In this document: positions 38,353 to 51,802 of the stretch, in pieces | Layout of the letters: the number at the start of each line of letters is the position of its first letter | Position numbering within the stretch: the stretch's first letter is position 1 | Assembly: GCA_951406725.2 (NCBI GenBank) | Contig: OX597822.1 | Coordinates: forward strand, 89,032,001 to 89,096,000 | DNA from: Octopus vulgaris | Lineage: Eukaryota | Direction of reading: 5' to 3' | DNA: 64,000 nt | The notes under the pieces: generated by a model | Told to the model about the DNA's origin: nothing | The model's database searches: none | The model's input: the letters and a program-made list of their open reading frames with translations, nothing else | Position numbers and translations under genes: made by a program

Positions 38353-39449
38353 GTGTCTACTACTACTACTACAACTGTCTGACAACTTTTACCAGTTCTT
38401 CTTCTTCTTCCACCACCACCTGCTCCTCTAACTGGGCTGCAATCCTCACACTGTGGCATGCTCTTATTTGTGTTGTTGTTTTTTTGTATTAGTCTTATTA
38501 TTGTTATTGGTTTAGTCTTTGACCTGTGATATGTAGTTTTTTCATAATGTTATCGACAATGATCAGAATTTCTCATTTCATTCTTTTTTTCTCCATTACA
38601 TTCTGCCCTACCATAAGTCTGCAAATAAACATTTCAGTTTATTATGGAATGACATTTATATGATATTGTAGACTTTTATTTGACCTTTTCTTCTCTGTAT
38701 AGCAGCTGTTATTATATCATTTGGGTTTCACATTTTAAGAGCAGTGGATTTGCAGAATTGGTAAACTGTAGGACAAAAATAGTTTGGATTATTTGGTTAT
38801 ATTTCTTAGTATACTGGGTTCAAATCCTACCCAGGTTGACTTTGCCTTTCACCTTTCAATAAAATAAAGTAAAAGTCAAGTACTCATGTCCATATAATTG
38901 ATTATATCTTTCAAAATGATGTCGAAAAGCTAAAACTGTTAAAAGAATTAAAACAATAAACTACTATTGAGAAGAGAGCTATAACTAGCCTGTTGGAAAG
39001 GCAGAATGATTTGTATACCTGGCCTGAACTTAATAACCAATAGTCCAGTCATTTATATAATCAGATACTTTAGAGAGACAAAGTTCACTCCAGTACTTAA
39101 TAGAAGTACTATATATTCTTTGAGTTTTTGTTAGTGTAACTAGCATCTAATTCATTTCTACAATTCAACTGAACTCTTCTCATGAGCAATTGAAACAGAG
39201 ATGAATATTCCTTGCTCAGAGGTTGTTAGAACAAATCAGCCATTAATTACAGAAAGGTTGATCATTCTAGCCCTGTTTCTCATTTTTGCAATGAAACTTT
39301 GATTTACTCACACCTTCTATTTGCTGTGCATTATTTGGAGCTAAAATTCTTTTCTAGTGTTAATGGTTTTCAATGAATATTATTAAAGTATCTTGCGTGT
39401 TTCACAGATTTACCCCACTTCCTTTTTCTCTCTCTTTCTCTCTCTCTTC

Positions 39450-39503
39450 ACATATATATATATATATTCATATATACATACATATATATATATATATTCA
39501 TAT

Positions 39504-39556
<53 letters not shown>

Positions 39557-39575
39557 CATTATATATATATATATT

Positions 39576-39619
<44 letters not shown>

Positions 39620-39632
39620 TATACATACATAC

Positions 39633-39673
<41 letters not shown>

Positions 39674-39682
39674 CATACATAC

Positions 39683-39723
<41 letters not shown>

Positions 39724-39765
39724 TATATACATATATATATATATATTCATATACATACATACATA

Positions 39766-39798
<33 letters not shown>

Positions 39799-39825
39799 TA
39801 TATACATATATATATATATATTCAT

Positions 39826-39862
<37 letters not shown>

Positions 39863-39896
39863 CATATATACATATATGTGTGTGTATATATATATA
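39450..39896. repeat. Compound (TA)n/(TACA)/(TTCA) microsatellite
   Basis: Direct inspection. Confidence 0.97.
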
Positions 39897-40260
39897 GGCG
39901 TAGGAGTGGCTGTGTGGTATGTAGCTTGCTTACCAATCACATGGTTCTGGGTTCAGTCCCACTATGTGGCACCTTGGGCAAGTGTCTTCTACTATAGCCT
40001 CGGGCCGACCAAAGCCTTGTGAGTGGATTTGGTAGACAGAAACTGAAAGAAGCCTGTCGTATATATGTATACATATATATATATGTATGTTTGTGTATCT
40101 GTGTTTGTCTTCCCAACATCGCTTGACAACTGATGCTGGTGTGTTTATGTCCCCGTGACTTAGCGGTTCGGCAAAAAAGACCGATAGACTAAGTACTAGG
40201 CTTACAAAGAATAAGTCCTGGGGTCGATTTGCTCGACTAAAGGCGGTGCTCCAGCATGGC
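39897..40260 (+). mobile_element. tRNA-derived SINE truncated in its 3' tail
   Basis: tggctgtgtgg and ggttcagtccc boxes; ends at ggcggtgctccagcatggc. Confidence 0.9.
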
Positions 40261-41180
40261 CGCGAAATATACAAGTGGGCTGAGAAGAATAGCATGCAGT
40301 TCAATGCTGAAAAGTTTCAAGCTTTGTGCTATCAGCATGCAAAACTAAATGCAATGCCCAATAAATACACTGGACCTGGGGGGATTGCAATCCCAGAGGC
40401 ACAGTCAGTGCGAGACCTGGGCATTTACATGAGTAATGATGCAACCTTTCATGTGCATGTTGCTAAATTGGCAATGAAATATAGGCGGCTGACTGGATGG
40501 ATTCTTAGAGCTTTTAGAACAAGAGACCAGGAAACCATGATGGTCCTCTGGAGGACACTTGTCCTAAGCCACTTTGACTATTGCTCTCAGCTATGGTCAC
40601 CAGCCAGTGTCAAATTAATCTCAGAACTTGAGGCAATCCAACGAAGCTACACGAAGATAGCCTCTATGCAGCATATAAGCTATTGGGAAAGACTCAAGAG
40701 ATTAAGACTCTATTCCTTAGAGAGTAGGCAAGAAAGATATGCCATAATATCCATCTGGAAGATCCTGGAAGGACTTGTCCCAAACTTTGGCATCAAGAGT
40801 TACACAAATACTAGAACTGGGCGCCACTGCATAGTGCCAAGGACTCCAAATTTGCCATCAAGATGTAGGACAAGATACTGCAATGGCCTGGGCTTCAGAG
40901 GTCCACAGTTCTTCAATATCCTCCCGAAGGACCTGAGAGACCTGCATGGGGTGGATGTAGATGTTTTCAAAATAAAGCTGGACCTCTTCCTGTCAGGTGT
41001 CCCAGATGAACCAACTTCGTGGCAGGAGGTGCAGATGAGGGCAGCTGCATCAAACTCTCTCAAGCACCAAATGTCAATTGCTAAAAAGCATTCGTGAAGT
41101 AAAATCATGTAGCAATACCAAATGGCGGTGCCCCAGCATGGCTACAGCTCGTGAGCTGAAACTAGATGAAATTAAAAAAA
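40261..41180 (+). mobile_element. 5'-truncated CR1/L2-group LINE with an open C-terminal ORF of ~278 codons
   Basis: ORF 40246..41097: WAEKNSMQFNAEK, VRDLGI, DYCSQLWSP, LEAIQR, YWERLKRLRLYSLE motifs. Confidence 0.9.
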
Positions 41181-41235
41181 TAGAAATATATAGATATATA
41201 CATATACTCATATATATACATATATATATATATTG

Positions 41236-41291
41236 ATTTAAAGCAGCAGAAAATTCGACAAAATTTTGTTGAATTTTCTGCTGCTTTAAAT
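41236..41291. repeat. 56-bp spacerless palindrome with one mismatch
   Basis: atttaaagcagcagaaaattcgacaaaa|ttttgttgaattttctgctgctttaaat. Confidence 0.95.
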
Positions 41292-41433
41292 AAAGCATAT
41301 TACTCTACCACTGGTATTTGAGTACTCTTTTTTCCACCTTGTTTCACATTTATGTGTTTACTCCAGTATATATATATATATATATATATAATTTCACATA
41401 TATGTATTCATATATATATATTCACGTGTATTC

Positions 41434-42140
41434 AATGGTGATTTTCTTGAAGAGGTTGAGAGTTTCAAATACCTTGGCGCCATCATTACAGCCACTGGTC
41501 AAAGTGAGGCTGACATTAAAACATGAATCACCCTCTCTCACCAAGCCTTCAACCGACTCAATGCATGACTCTGGTCAAGATCTGAGATCCGACGCGCCAC
41601 CAACGTATGGATCTACCAAGCACTAGTGCGAACGATTCTCCTTTACGGCAGCGAGTCATGGCCGATGAGGGTGGAAGATATTAAGCGACTAGCATCCTTC
41701 GATCACTTCTGTCTACACCACATCCTTTGTGTCCGATGGCATCACTTTGTCTCCAACAATTCGGTGCGACACCAGTGCAAAATCACCTCCCTCTGACAAG
41801 TCATCCTAACAAGACGTCTGCGTTGGTTGGGTCATGCCCTCTATCGTCAACTGGGAGAATTCATCTACGAAGCAATTACCCCAGCTCCCCTTCAGGGTTG
41901 GCGAAAGTGATGTGGTGGACAACAGAAAACCTGGCTGATGACAGTCAAGGCTGATCTGGTACCCAACCTAGGTCCCCATGTCTAGGGTGTTCGCTGCTGG
42001 AATAAGGAGTGGTTGGAGATCACGCGGTCGTTAGTCTCAAATCGCCAGGCCTGGTCGGTGTTTGTGAGAGAAGCAGCATTGAGGATGAATGAAGCCAGCT
42101 CAACCCACCCCGGGTGAATGTTGTCTCAAGTCAAAAGTCA
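41434..42140 (+). mobile_element. RTE-clade LINE 3' fragment, second family
   Basis: Translates FKYLG, IYQALVRTILLYGSESW and RRLRWLGHAL; short caagt-type tail. Confidence 0.85.
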
Positions 42141-42545
42141 ATATATATGTATTCAAACATATATTCATATATATGGTGCCAAAGGCTGAAACAATTAGAA
42201 AAATATCAAAGGCTTTTGCTGACTAACAGTCAGTGGGACTAGATGGTATACTATCAGTAAATGACATAAAGAAAAACTAGGGATTGTAAATAAATTTAAA
42301 GGTTACATGTGATAAAGATGATTTGAGAAGCAATAAATGGGGCACCAAGGAGGAAACATACATGTACACACATACACACACACATATATATGTGCATGTA
42401 CACACACATACATGTACATAATTCCTCTCATGTCAAGTCATATGTAAACATAATTTAACATTAAAATGAAGGATGGTCCAATACTTTTCAGTAGAGTACA
42501 TATTTGTTAATGGTTGACAGAAACTTTGAAATTTTGTTTTCAAGG

Positions 42546-42765
42546 TGTTATGACTACATACCAAGGTAGCCATGTGTTATGACTACAATGTAGATGAGAG
42601 CTGTTATTATGACCACACCATAGATTGCCAATATATGACTACATTATAAATGACTATTGTTATGGCTATACTATAGAAAGTTTATCATTATGATTATATT
42701 ATACATGGTTGTTCTGTTGTTATGACTATCCTATAGATGGCTCTCTGCTGTTATGATTTTACTAT
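42546..42765. repeat. Degenerate ~30-bp minisatellite, about 8 units, core tgttatgacta..tagatg
   Basis: Direct inspection. Confidence 0.75.
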
Positions 42766-43802
42766 ACACCACAATGGAATCTATGTAAATAAAAAATAAC
42801 CCAGAAGCTGAGGAAATTAGTGGTGGTTTATGTTGGCAAGAATTATTTGTTAAAGTTTATGATACTCCAGATAAGTTTGTTTACCATGGATAGAAGAGGA
42901 ATCTGATACTTTGCTACTGTCTTTTGTCTGTGTAGAAAGAGATTTTTCAGCTGAAATATTCCACTTCTCTCCATGTCATAGAAAATAATCCAAATTAATG
43001 AAAAGTCTCCTTATAGTTTGCTGATGGTTATTGTTAGTGAGGTTATCTTTAGTTTAATTTTATAAATTGGATATATCTTCATGTTCATTTGGTTCTCTAT
43101 ATGTGAAGAATAACTCCAAGGAATATTTAATGGAAAAAAATATAAACTCCTTAACTTGATAAAAACACAAAACAACAAAAACAAGCAATATTTTGTAAGC
43201 TAAAGTGTATATTTAAGAGAATTCATCCAGCTCATTAGCTTGTTATTTATTTCATTCACACTCAGAAGTAGGGAAAACAAGTTTTATTCCTAGGAGCCTC
43301 AGAATATTGATGAATTATTTCAGACAGATAATCTCATTGGGCTCTGTACCATGTTCAGCCAATTTTGCTACCTTTTCACTTTGAGTTTATGGTTATTAAT
43401 CTTTCTTTTACCATATCATCATCATCATCGTTTAATGTCCGTTTTCCGTGCTAGCACGGGTTGAACGGGTATGTATCTGTAGAAATACTGTTTCAGTTTT
43501 TAGATTAACAACGAACTTAGTAAAGTACTTTTGACATTATTAAGTTGGTATTTGGAACAAACTTGACATGAAAATCTGGTGGAAGGTTTAATTTGGTTAA
43601 AACAGGAAGTTTGTGTCATAGAACCAGGGATGATTTCAGGTGAGTTGGTATCAAAAGGGTTAAAAATGATGGTATTGGTTATCATAACATTATACAAAAC
43701 ATTGTTATTACCCCCAGCAAAGCTATATATTTTTTAAAATCTAAACTATATCAGTAATGGTGATGATGTATCCTTTACTTTCTTCTCTTGGTTGGATTTT
43801 AA

Positions 43803-44028
43803 CCCTTTGAACCCATGAGTTAGCAGGTGTGATTTTGTTTGACTATAACCACTAGAAGATGGAAAAGTGGATGACAACATGGTTTTGTGTTTACATCTGA
43901 AAATAACAGTGTTTATGCCAGTTAGTGATCTGTAAACACAAAACCATATGGCTACATGCTTTCTGTCTTCCTAGGCTATAAATCAGCTGAAATTGTACCT
44001 GCTAAATTGTACTTGCAAGTTCAAAGGG
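43803..44028. mobile_element. Fold-back piggyBac-like MITE
   Basis: ttaa|ccctttgaac ... gttcaaaggg|ttaa; internal arms atggttttgtgtttaca / tgtaaacacaaaaccat. Confidence 0.85.
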
Positions 44029-44573
44029 TTAACCAAATAGATCTTTGCCTATGAAGAAACAGTGAGGAAAGACAGTTCAACTAAACTACATTTCTTTTAC
44101 AAATATGTTATTTTTTGTTTCATTTCTCAAACTTTTTGCTAGAAATATATTTCATTGCTGTCTTAGAAATACCTTTAAAATTAGCATTTATTTTAATATT
44201 TATTTTCTTTTTGTTTTTATAATTCCCTTTTTAGTTTTAAATTTCTTTTGTAGCTTTTCCAATATTTTAACCTTTGTTAAATAATTATTTTTCTATTTTT
44301 CAGGTTACTTTCTTGATGATTTCAATTTAAACACTTGTATTTTAGCCTCTTTCTTATTTTGTTTTGTTGCCGAAATATTAATTGCATCCATTTTATTTCA
44401 CATTGTATAGTTTTGTCTCTTTTTAGCCAAATTTTTCTACTTATTATTATTAGTATTAGATATTATAGTATATTAAGTTATTTTTGTTTTTCTGTTGTCC
44501 TAAATTGCTAATTCTAATCAGTCTACTTTTCTAAACTCCTATTATATGTACACATATACATGTGTGTTTGTGT

Positions 44574-44613
<40 letters not shown>

Positions 44614-44642
44614 TATACACACACACATACATACACACACTT

Positions 44643-44676
<34 letters not shown>

Positions 44677-44996
44677 TCACACATACATACACACATGTAT
44701 GTATATTTAAATTTATATATGTATACATATACATATGTATATTCACATACAGATGTCTATAGATACAGTTATATACATACACTCAGATATCTTCAGTAAT
44801 TTCGTTGGATTCCAGATTTTACTTTTTTACACAGAGATCTGACTTGATTCCTAATGTTTGTATTTATTGAACAAAAAAAAAAAGTTTCCTTCAACAGAAT
44901 TGATGTGCCACAAAAATCTTCACCATTTTCTTTCCCTAATTTCCATTGCTGCATATGTTTTTCTTCTGCTATTAATGGCTTGGTTGGTTCCTACAG

Positions 44997-45119
44997 TTTG
45001 AACACCAGCAGCTGTCAGTTCAGAGTGGAGATTTGGTAAACCACGACCAAGATGCCATCATCTATGCGGCTGAAAATCCAGAAGACACCCTCCACTATTC
45101 TGGCCAGGAGCCTGAGGAG
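44997..45119 (+). CDS. ATP6V0A1: Candidate cassette exon B of the cytosolic loop, 123 nt, phase 0-0: FEHQQLSVQSGDLVNHDQDAIIYAAENPEDTLHYSGQEPEE
   Basis: ttcctacag|TTT ... GAG|gtgaac; open frame, coding-like composition, acidic end typical of the segment before the FDF motif. Confidence 0.8.
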
Positions 45120-45207
45120 GTGAACAAGTTTTACTAAACACACCACTAACTTACATCAATTGTTAAGTCTTTCTTTCATAATAGTCTCTGCAGCTAACCA
45201 CTTTTTA

Positions 45208-45208
<1 letters not shown>

Positions 45209-45290
<82 letters not shown>

Positions 45291-45303
45291 CTCTTTCTTT
45301 CTC
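45209..45303. repeat. (TCTG)n(TCTT)n tetranucleotide repeat
   Basis: Direct inspection; ~90 nt downstream of candidate exon B. Confidence 0.95.
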
Positions 45304-47660
45304 TCGTTCTGTTTGTCTATTTGTCTGCATTCTCTCTGTATTTTCTTTCTCTGTTTATCAACATCCTTTCTTACATCATACATTTACTTGCTTTTAATGT
45401 TTAGTCAAACTAATACTAAATTAACAAGATTTTAAAATATAGTTTTTTCATGTTGTTAACATTTAGGTACTTTAAAGATATAGTGCAAAATTTATAGAAA
45501 CTCTATTAAACTTTTTTTTGTACTGTTTTAAATATATTGATTTACCATGTAAAAGGAGATGAAGGAAAATTTTACTGTAAACCATGTTGTGAATTTAGTT
45601 ACAAGCATTTCATTGTCTGATTACTTTTGTACGGTTTACTACTACTACTACTACTGCTACTGCTATCATTATTGCTGCAAGCTGGCAGAATTGTTAGCAT
45701 GCTGGATGAAATGTCTTGCTATATTCTGAGTTCAAATTCCACTGAGGTTGACTTTGTCTTTCATCCTTTCAGGGTCAATAAAGTACCAGTCAAGTACTGG
45801 GGTCGATATAATTGACTATCCCATTCACCCAAATTTCAGGCCTTGTGCCTATAGTAGAAAGGATTGTTATTATTATTATTATTAAGGTGGTGAGCTGGCA
45901 GAATTGTTAGCACACTGGTTGAAATGCTTAGCAGTATTTCATCTGCCGCTACATTCTGCCGAGGTTGACTTTGCCTTTCATCCTTTCAGGGTCAATAAAA
46001 TAAGTACCACTGAAACACTGGGGTCAATATAATTGATTAGTCTCCTCCCCCAAAATTTCAGGCTTTGTGCCTTTAGTAGAAAAGACTATTATTATGTTAC
46101 ATTTATATACATTTTATATGAAGTCTAACAATAATGTAAGAATCATTAGTGTTGGTCTTCATTCATCTATGCAATATTTATGAAGAATTGGAAGAACTAG
46201 TGAATAAGAGATTGAGATTCTTTGTCATTGAAATTCTGTGAATTGTCTAAATATGATTTTTAGCCTCTTGACCTGATTAGTTTTGTTGTCTTTATGATAT
46301 CTTGGCTACATTTAATAGAATCTGGCTTAGAGTTAAGCTAATAAATTTCTGGATTCAGTTCTTGATATTTTAGTCTGGTGAATTGCCTGTGGCACATCTC
46401 CCATTATATTCTAGTTGCTGTAGATTCTTATTGTCTATGTTCTTTCTGTTTCATTGTATGATGGACTAGGGGATTCTTACCTTGTTTGGAAACAGATGAG
46501 GATTGGCAAGAGGGGGGGGGGGGGGCATCTGGTTGGAAAAAATCTACCTCAATGAATTCCATCTGACCTATGCAGGCAAGGAAAATTGGATGTTAAAACA
46601 ATGATGTGTGTGTGTTGTATGTGTATACATATATATGTACACACACACACACCAACAGCTATAATTAATCATTTGGTCTCTGAAAGCTCATCAAAGCTAC
46701 CTGTCTAGTATGTAGCAGATAGTTACATATTAGTTTATAAGCATACAAAGATATATATGCCTCAGAACCTCCCAAAAGATACCAATATCTAAATATTCTA
46801 AATATTATCAGATGTTCATATCTTCCTATGATATTGCTATTATCTTTTATTTAGTGATTGTTTTCTTGAAATTTTGAAATAACTTTAGTTTATGATTATT
46901 TTAATTTCCATAGATTTCCAAATATTTATTGTAAACTGACCCAAATCCTGGTACTGAAATTGTTATTTTTGCATTCCTAGTCTACCTTCATCATATCATT
47001 TACCTGTGTCGTGCATCTCTGTATACATGTAGCTACACAGTGTTTGCATCTTTTGTTCAGTTCTCCTTCCTTTCTTCACTTTCTCACACATTTAATAAAC
47101 TTTGAATTACTTTAGTCTCTAACCTTCTAACAATTTTCTGAATTATCATTTCGCATCTTATATTTCTCATTTTTAATTCTGCTTTTTTAAATAACAACTA
47201 AATCAATAACTAAATCTTATTTGACCAATATGTTTAAATTTTTTGCATGCATTGATCTTTTAGACAAAATATTCTCATTATTCCTACATATTGAATAAAT
47301 ATTACTATGCATGTTTTATTTTATTCAAATTAAGATTGATGATACAGCTAGAATTTTATTCCAGATTTTTTTTTGTATTTTGAGAAAGTAAGTCTATTTC
47401 CTAATTAAGATGCTAGACCATGAAAAATTTGCTGTCCAGCAGTTATTGTAGCAGGATTCAGATTTCTAGCTGTTAAATCAGTTTTAGCAGTTCAAGTTTG
47501 AAATGAATTTTGTTATCCTGGTCAGTTATCTGTTTTATCAGTCTCTAAAGGATGGAAAAATAACAAAATATGTGATAGGTACCATAAAATCATAGATTTC
47601 ATATTTGTTATATCTTTATGAATTCTTTTGTTTTATCTGATTCAACTCAACTTCAAGATA

Positions 47661-47698
<38 letters not shown>

Positions 47699-50600
47699 AA
47701 GTCCTTTTAGTTTTTGCCTTTATTTTTATGGCTAACTATTTTCCTTTACCTCATTTAACTTGTTTGTGTGTGTGAAAGGAAAGTCTCTTGAGAATAAACA
47801 TTTTCTGCTAATATGATTCAAAGGTAATTATTTCAACAACATGGTAAATCAGCCAGCTTCAAAGTTTAGATTGCAATCTAGCATGTAGATAGTTCTTACT
47901 TTAAGAATTGTTCATGGGTCTAAGGAATTTTGGTAAATTTTTGAAGACATGTTTTAAAGAACAAAGCAGTTTACTTAGTATTAATGTTTCTTCTTTTAAG
48001 TGACAATTGACATGTCTCTTCTAATCAAAAGAAATGTTCTTGCTACTGATTTTATCTTCCCTTAATATGATTTGAATTTCCAATTCTTTTCTTTCTAGAA
48101 AAAACGAAATGCACACTGAGGTTCTTTCTAAAACTCTGCTATACTTTTCTTAGTTAAAATGTTAGTTCAAAGAATTGTGTCTTTGATTAAGTTGATACCT
48201 CATGCTGTTTGGTTATATTGTTAAGCTGGATGGAGGTGTGTAGCTCGAGGTCTGTGGCCTAATGGTTTGGGGTATTTGGCTCACAATTGTAAGGTCGTGA
48301 GTTCAATTCCCAGTGGCACATTGTGTCCTTGAACAAAACATTTTATTTCACATTGCTTCAGTCCACTCAGCTGGCAAAAATGAGTTGTTCCTGTAATTCA
48401 ATGGAATGGCCTTGTCACATTTGGTGTGTGATGCTGAATCTTCCTGAGAACTATGTTAAAGGTATGTGTGTCTCTGGAGTACTCAGCCACTTGTATGTTA
48501 ATTTCACAAGTAGGCTGTTCTGTTGATCAGATTATCTGGAATACTCATTGTTGTAACCGATGAAAAGCCAGAGAGCAGGCCAAGCTGGATTGGGCAGTGC
48601 CTGCAACAATATTCTTTGGCAGGATTTCTTCTGTTGTAATTTTTACCATTTGATTTTTCTACATATAAATATCATTTCTTGATATTGATAAAATAACCTA
48701 TTAATGACAAAAGCTTGTTTATTTTTTTATAAGGAAACTCTGTAATCAATTTTTTTTTCGTCTTAATAACCAATGATCTTAATAAGAATAAAAGATAATT
48801 GTTGCAATTAATTTAAAAAGCAGTTGCCATCTTAGATTTTAATGATATTACCAGATATAGAAATTGAAAGTAGTGTGAGAAGTTACTGATTGGCAGTGCT
48901 CAAGATAGTGAAGGAATATTAGTAACACTTGAACATTCTAAAACATCCATTACTCCTGATAAGCTTAAATATAACAAAAACATGTGGGGATAATTGTTTC
49001 ATGTTTTATACAAATAAACATAGTTTAAAATAACAGAATCTTAATGGCTAAGAGAATTAGGATTATAAATTTATGATAAAAGAGAATACATAATTTAAGA
49101 ATTTCAAAACATTAGCTTTTTTCTATACATAACCACTAAATTAACAATTTTCTGATCGGTATTTTTCAAAGATTGTAAATATATCTCATTTCTGTTGTCC
49201 TTTCCTTTTTTATCTCTTTCCAGTAGTTCAAAGTAAATTCAGTATCTCAAAACATTCATATTTTTTTCTTTTGTTTTAAGAATGTTTTAAAAAAATGTTT
49301 TAGATTATATTTTTGTAATTGAATTAGATTTTCAATATATTTTAATATCTTCAAACAAAATTGTTACTTTCTATCTTATATAATCTCCATTCACCTCCTT
49401 CCATTGAAAAATTGTTTAACAAATATCTTTAAATATTTATTTAAACATTAATAGAATGTAACATGCTGTTACATGTGTACATGCAACATTCAAGTATATG
49501 TGTGTGTCTATGACCTAGGTGAAGATTAGCAATGAGTTCAATGAGAAATTTAGCTTTCATCCTTTCAGGGTTGATAAATTAAGTACCAGTTGTGTACTGG
49601 GGTCAATCTAATCAACTGGCCCTCTCCCCAAAAATTTCAGGCCTTGTGCCTAGAGTAGAAAAAAAAAGGGGTAGTTAAAACAATATGTACATTCATGAAC
49701 TAATTCTTCTTTAAATGCCCAGAGGGCTCTCTAGAAGTAGATGGCTGCTTATATTATCTTGGTGACCTAATTAACAGTGGCAGAAGGTGTTCTGAAAACA
49801 TGGTAGCCAGAATAAGAAAGAGATGGAAAAAGTTCTTTGTTGGAAATGAGATTTTCTGTCCAAATGAATGATAGATAGCATAATACTGGTGATGAAGTAT
49901 AGTAGTGATTTGGATAATGAATGTGGAAGATATATAAAAACTAGAAATAAATGAAGCATGTGTGTTTTGCTGGATGTGCAATATGAAATGTGCATGAATG
50001 ATAGAGCAGAAATGAACTGAGAGAGAAGCTGGGTATAACTAGAATAAAATGTAGAATATAATAGAAAAGACTGCAATAGTGTGGACAGGTGATTGATGGA
50101 TATTAAGAATGACTGTTGGATAAAGAAGTGCCAAGTCCAAATGGAAGGAACCAGTGGTAAGAGAAAACATGAGAAGTGGAATATGGTCTCAAGAGACTGA
50201 ACTTAATGAATGAGATGACAAGGGACTGCAACAATCTATATAAGCAGAAATAAATAAATAGATGGATGGATGGACAGACAGACAGACATTACAGTTTGTA
50301 AGCAAAAGGATGAGTCACAGCTTATAGATTTGCAGGCCCACTGAAACCAAAGAGGTGCTAATGTTCCTCTTAACTGTCACAAGTCAACACCTGCGGTAAA
50401 AATATGAGCTGGAAGCTGACATTCTAGGGAGAACGGGCTGGGAGTAGTGATTAATGGAAAGCCTGAGAAAGTTGAACAAAACATGGGTGATGAAGCAGAG
50501 AGAAAGATGTGGGAGCAATACTTCACTGTGAGTTTCATCTAAGCTTTGTTGAATGTTAGTAATCACTGGGGTTTAAAGTATTTTCTGGCTCTGAAGAAAA

Positions 50601-51590
50601 GTGTCAGTGTTTGAGATATTTTCCCCTGCCATTAGTTATGTTAAGGATATGCCTTCACTTGGAGAAATTCTTGGTAATAGTGAGGCCTAACATTTAAAGT
50701 GATTGTGAAAGTGCTCTGGTTATGTACTGATCATGTTGGGGTATAGTACATTGATGTTTTTTTTATATAAGTAGTGCTTAAATTTTTTTTATATAGTAAA
50801 AGAGAAAAAGATTATCATGCCCCATGGACATTTGCTTTCAAGATCTCTGTTCAATAAATTAGTGCATGTTTGGCATGTGGTATCTAGATTGCATGGTTGG
50901 GGAATGTTAGCAAAGATTGAAAAATAGTAAGAATAAATGGATATATACAAAGAAGAGATTGAAAGTTCAAACTGAACCTTGGAGCACACTAGAGCTGACA
51001 GAGTGTGGAATAGAAACAGCTCTATCAACACACATCACAATAATGCATTCTGGTTGCAAGCTACCAGTTATTCAGTATTGATATATATGATTTTTGATAG
51101 CTTTCTAAATTTTATACAACACAATTTTTCTCTTTTCCATCATCTGGACACAGCTGTTAGACTTGTTATTTTATAGAACCCTCCATAATTGCTGTTGTTT
51201 AGTCCCAAGTCAGTCCTGACTAAGGCCTATGGTTAATAACATTCCACCTGTCTTTTTCCAAACATAGTGTAGCTAAGTCTATATTATCCATTATTACTTT
51301 TTTTTAGATAGTAGTAGAGTGTAATTTGAGGGAGATTTGTTTACTATTTCTAACAGGTGAAGTGACTATGTAAAGGATTCATTTATGACTTCATCTTCCA
51401 CATTTATATTTAGTGAAACATATTTAAAATTTTAAGCGAAAAACATGGGGCAGACGTGAACAAATGTTTGATAAAAGTTCTCTGGCATCATATATATATC
51501 TAATGATTTCATTTTGGAATGTACAAACTTAATGAATTACCCAGTTTTAGTGACCATTTCTTAAAATGTGTTTTGCTTCTGCATAACTAG

Positions 51591-51635
51591 GGGGTACACA
51601 CTAGTGGAAATCCTGCCCCTGCTGTACCATTACAG
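51591..51635 (+). CDS. ATP6V0A1: Candidate 45-nt cassette exon C, phase 0-0: GVHTSGNPAPAVPLQ
   Basis: ttttgcttctgcataactag|GGG ... CAG|gtaatt; GC-rich 45-nt island in AT-rich DNA; open frame. Confidence 0.6.
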
Positions 51636-51802
51636 GTAATTCTTGTTGAACTTATAGGTGTCTGATACCTTTATTTTAAATTATTATATGTCAGTACAGT
51701 CTAATTGCTTTAGTAGTTGTATGACCAATAAATACTTTTGGTTACACATGCACCACCAAGCTTAATGCTACCACACTCCTTTCTCACAAACAAATGCTTC
51801 AT

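Noticed and set aside
39897-39975. tRNA-like A and B boxes (also at 31249 and 915-1075)
   Set aside because: SINE heads followed by SINE body; no complete cloverleaf seen, so not called as tRNA genes
42546-42765. Repeat-with-variable-spacer pattern resembling a CRISPR array
   Set aside because: Eukaryotic intron, degenerate repeats, 'spacers' related to each other and no cas genes; an old minisatellite
48099-48120. ctttctag|..gag|gttctt 22-nt exon-like segment
   Set aside because: In-frame TGA in phase 0, length not divisible by 3, weak donor
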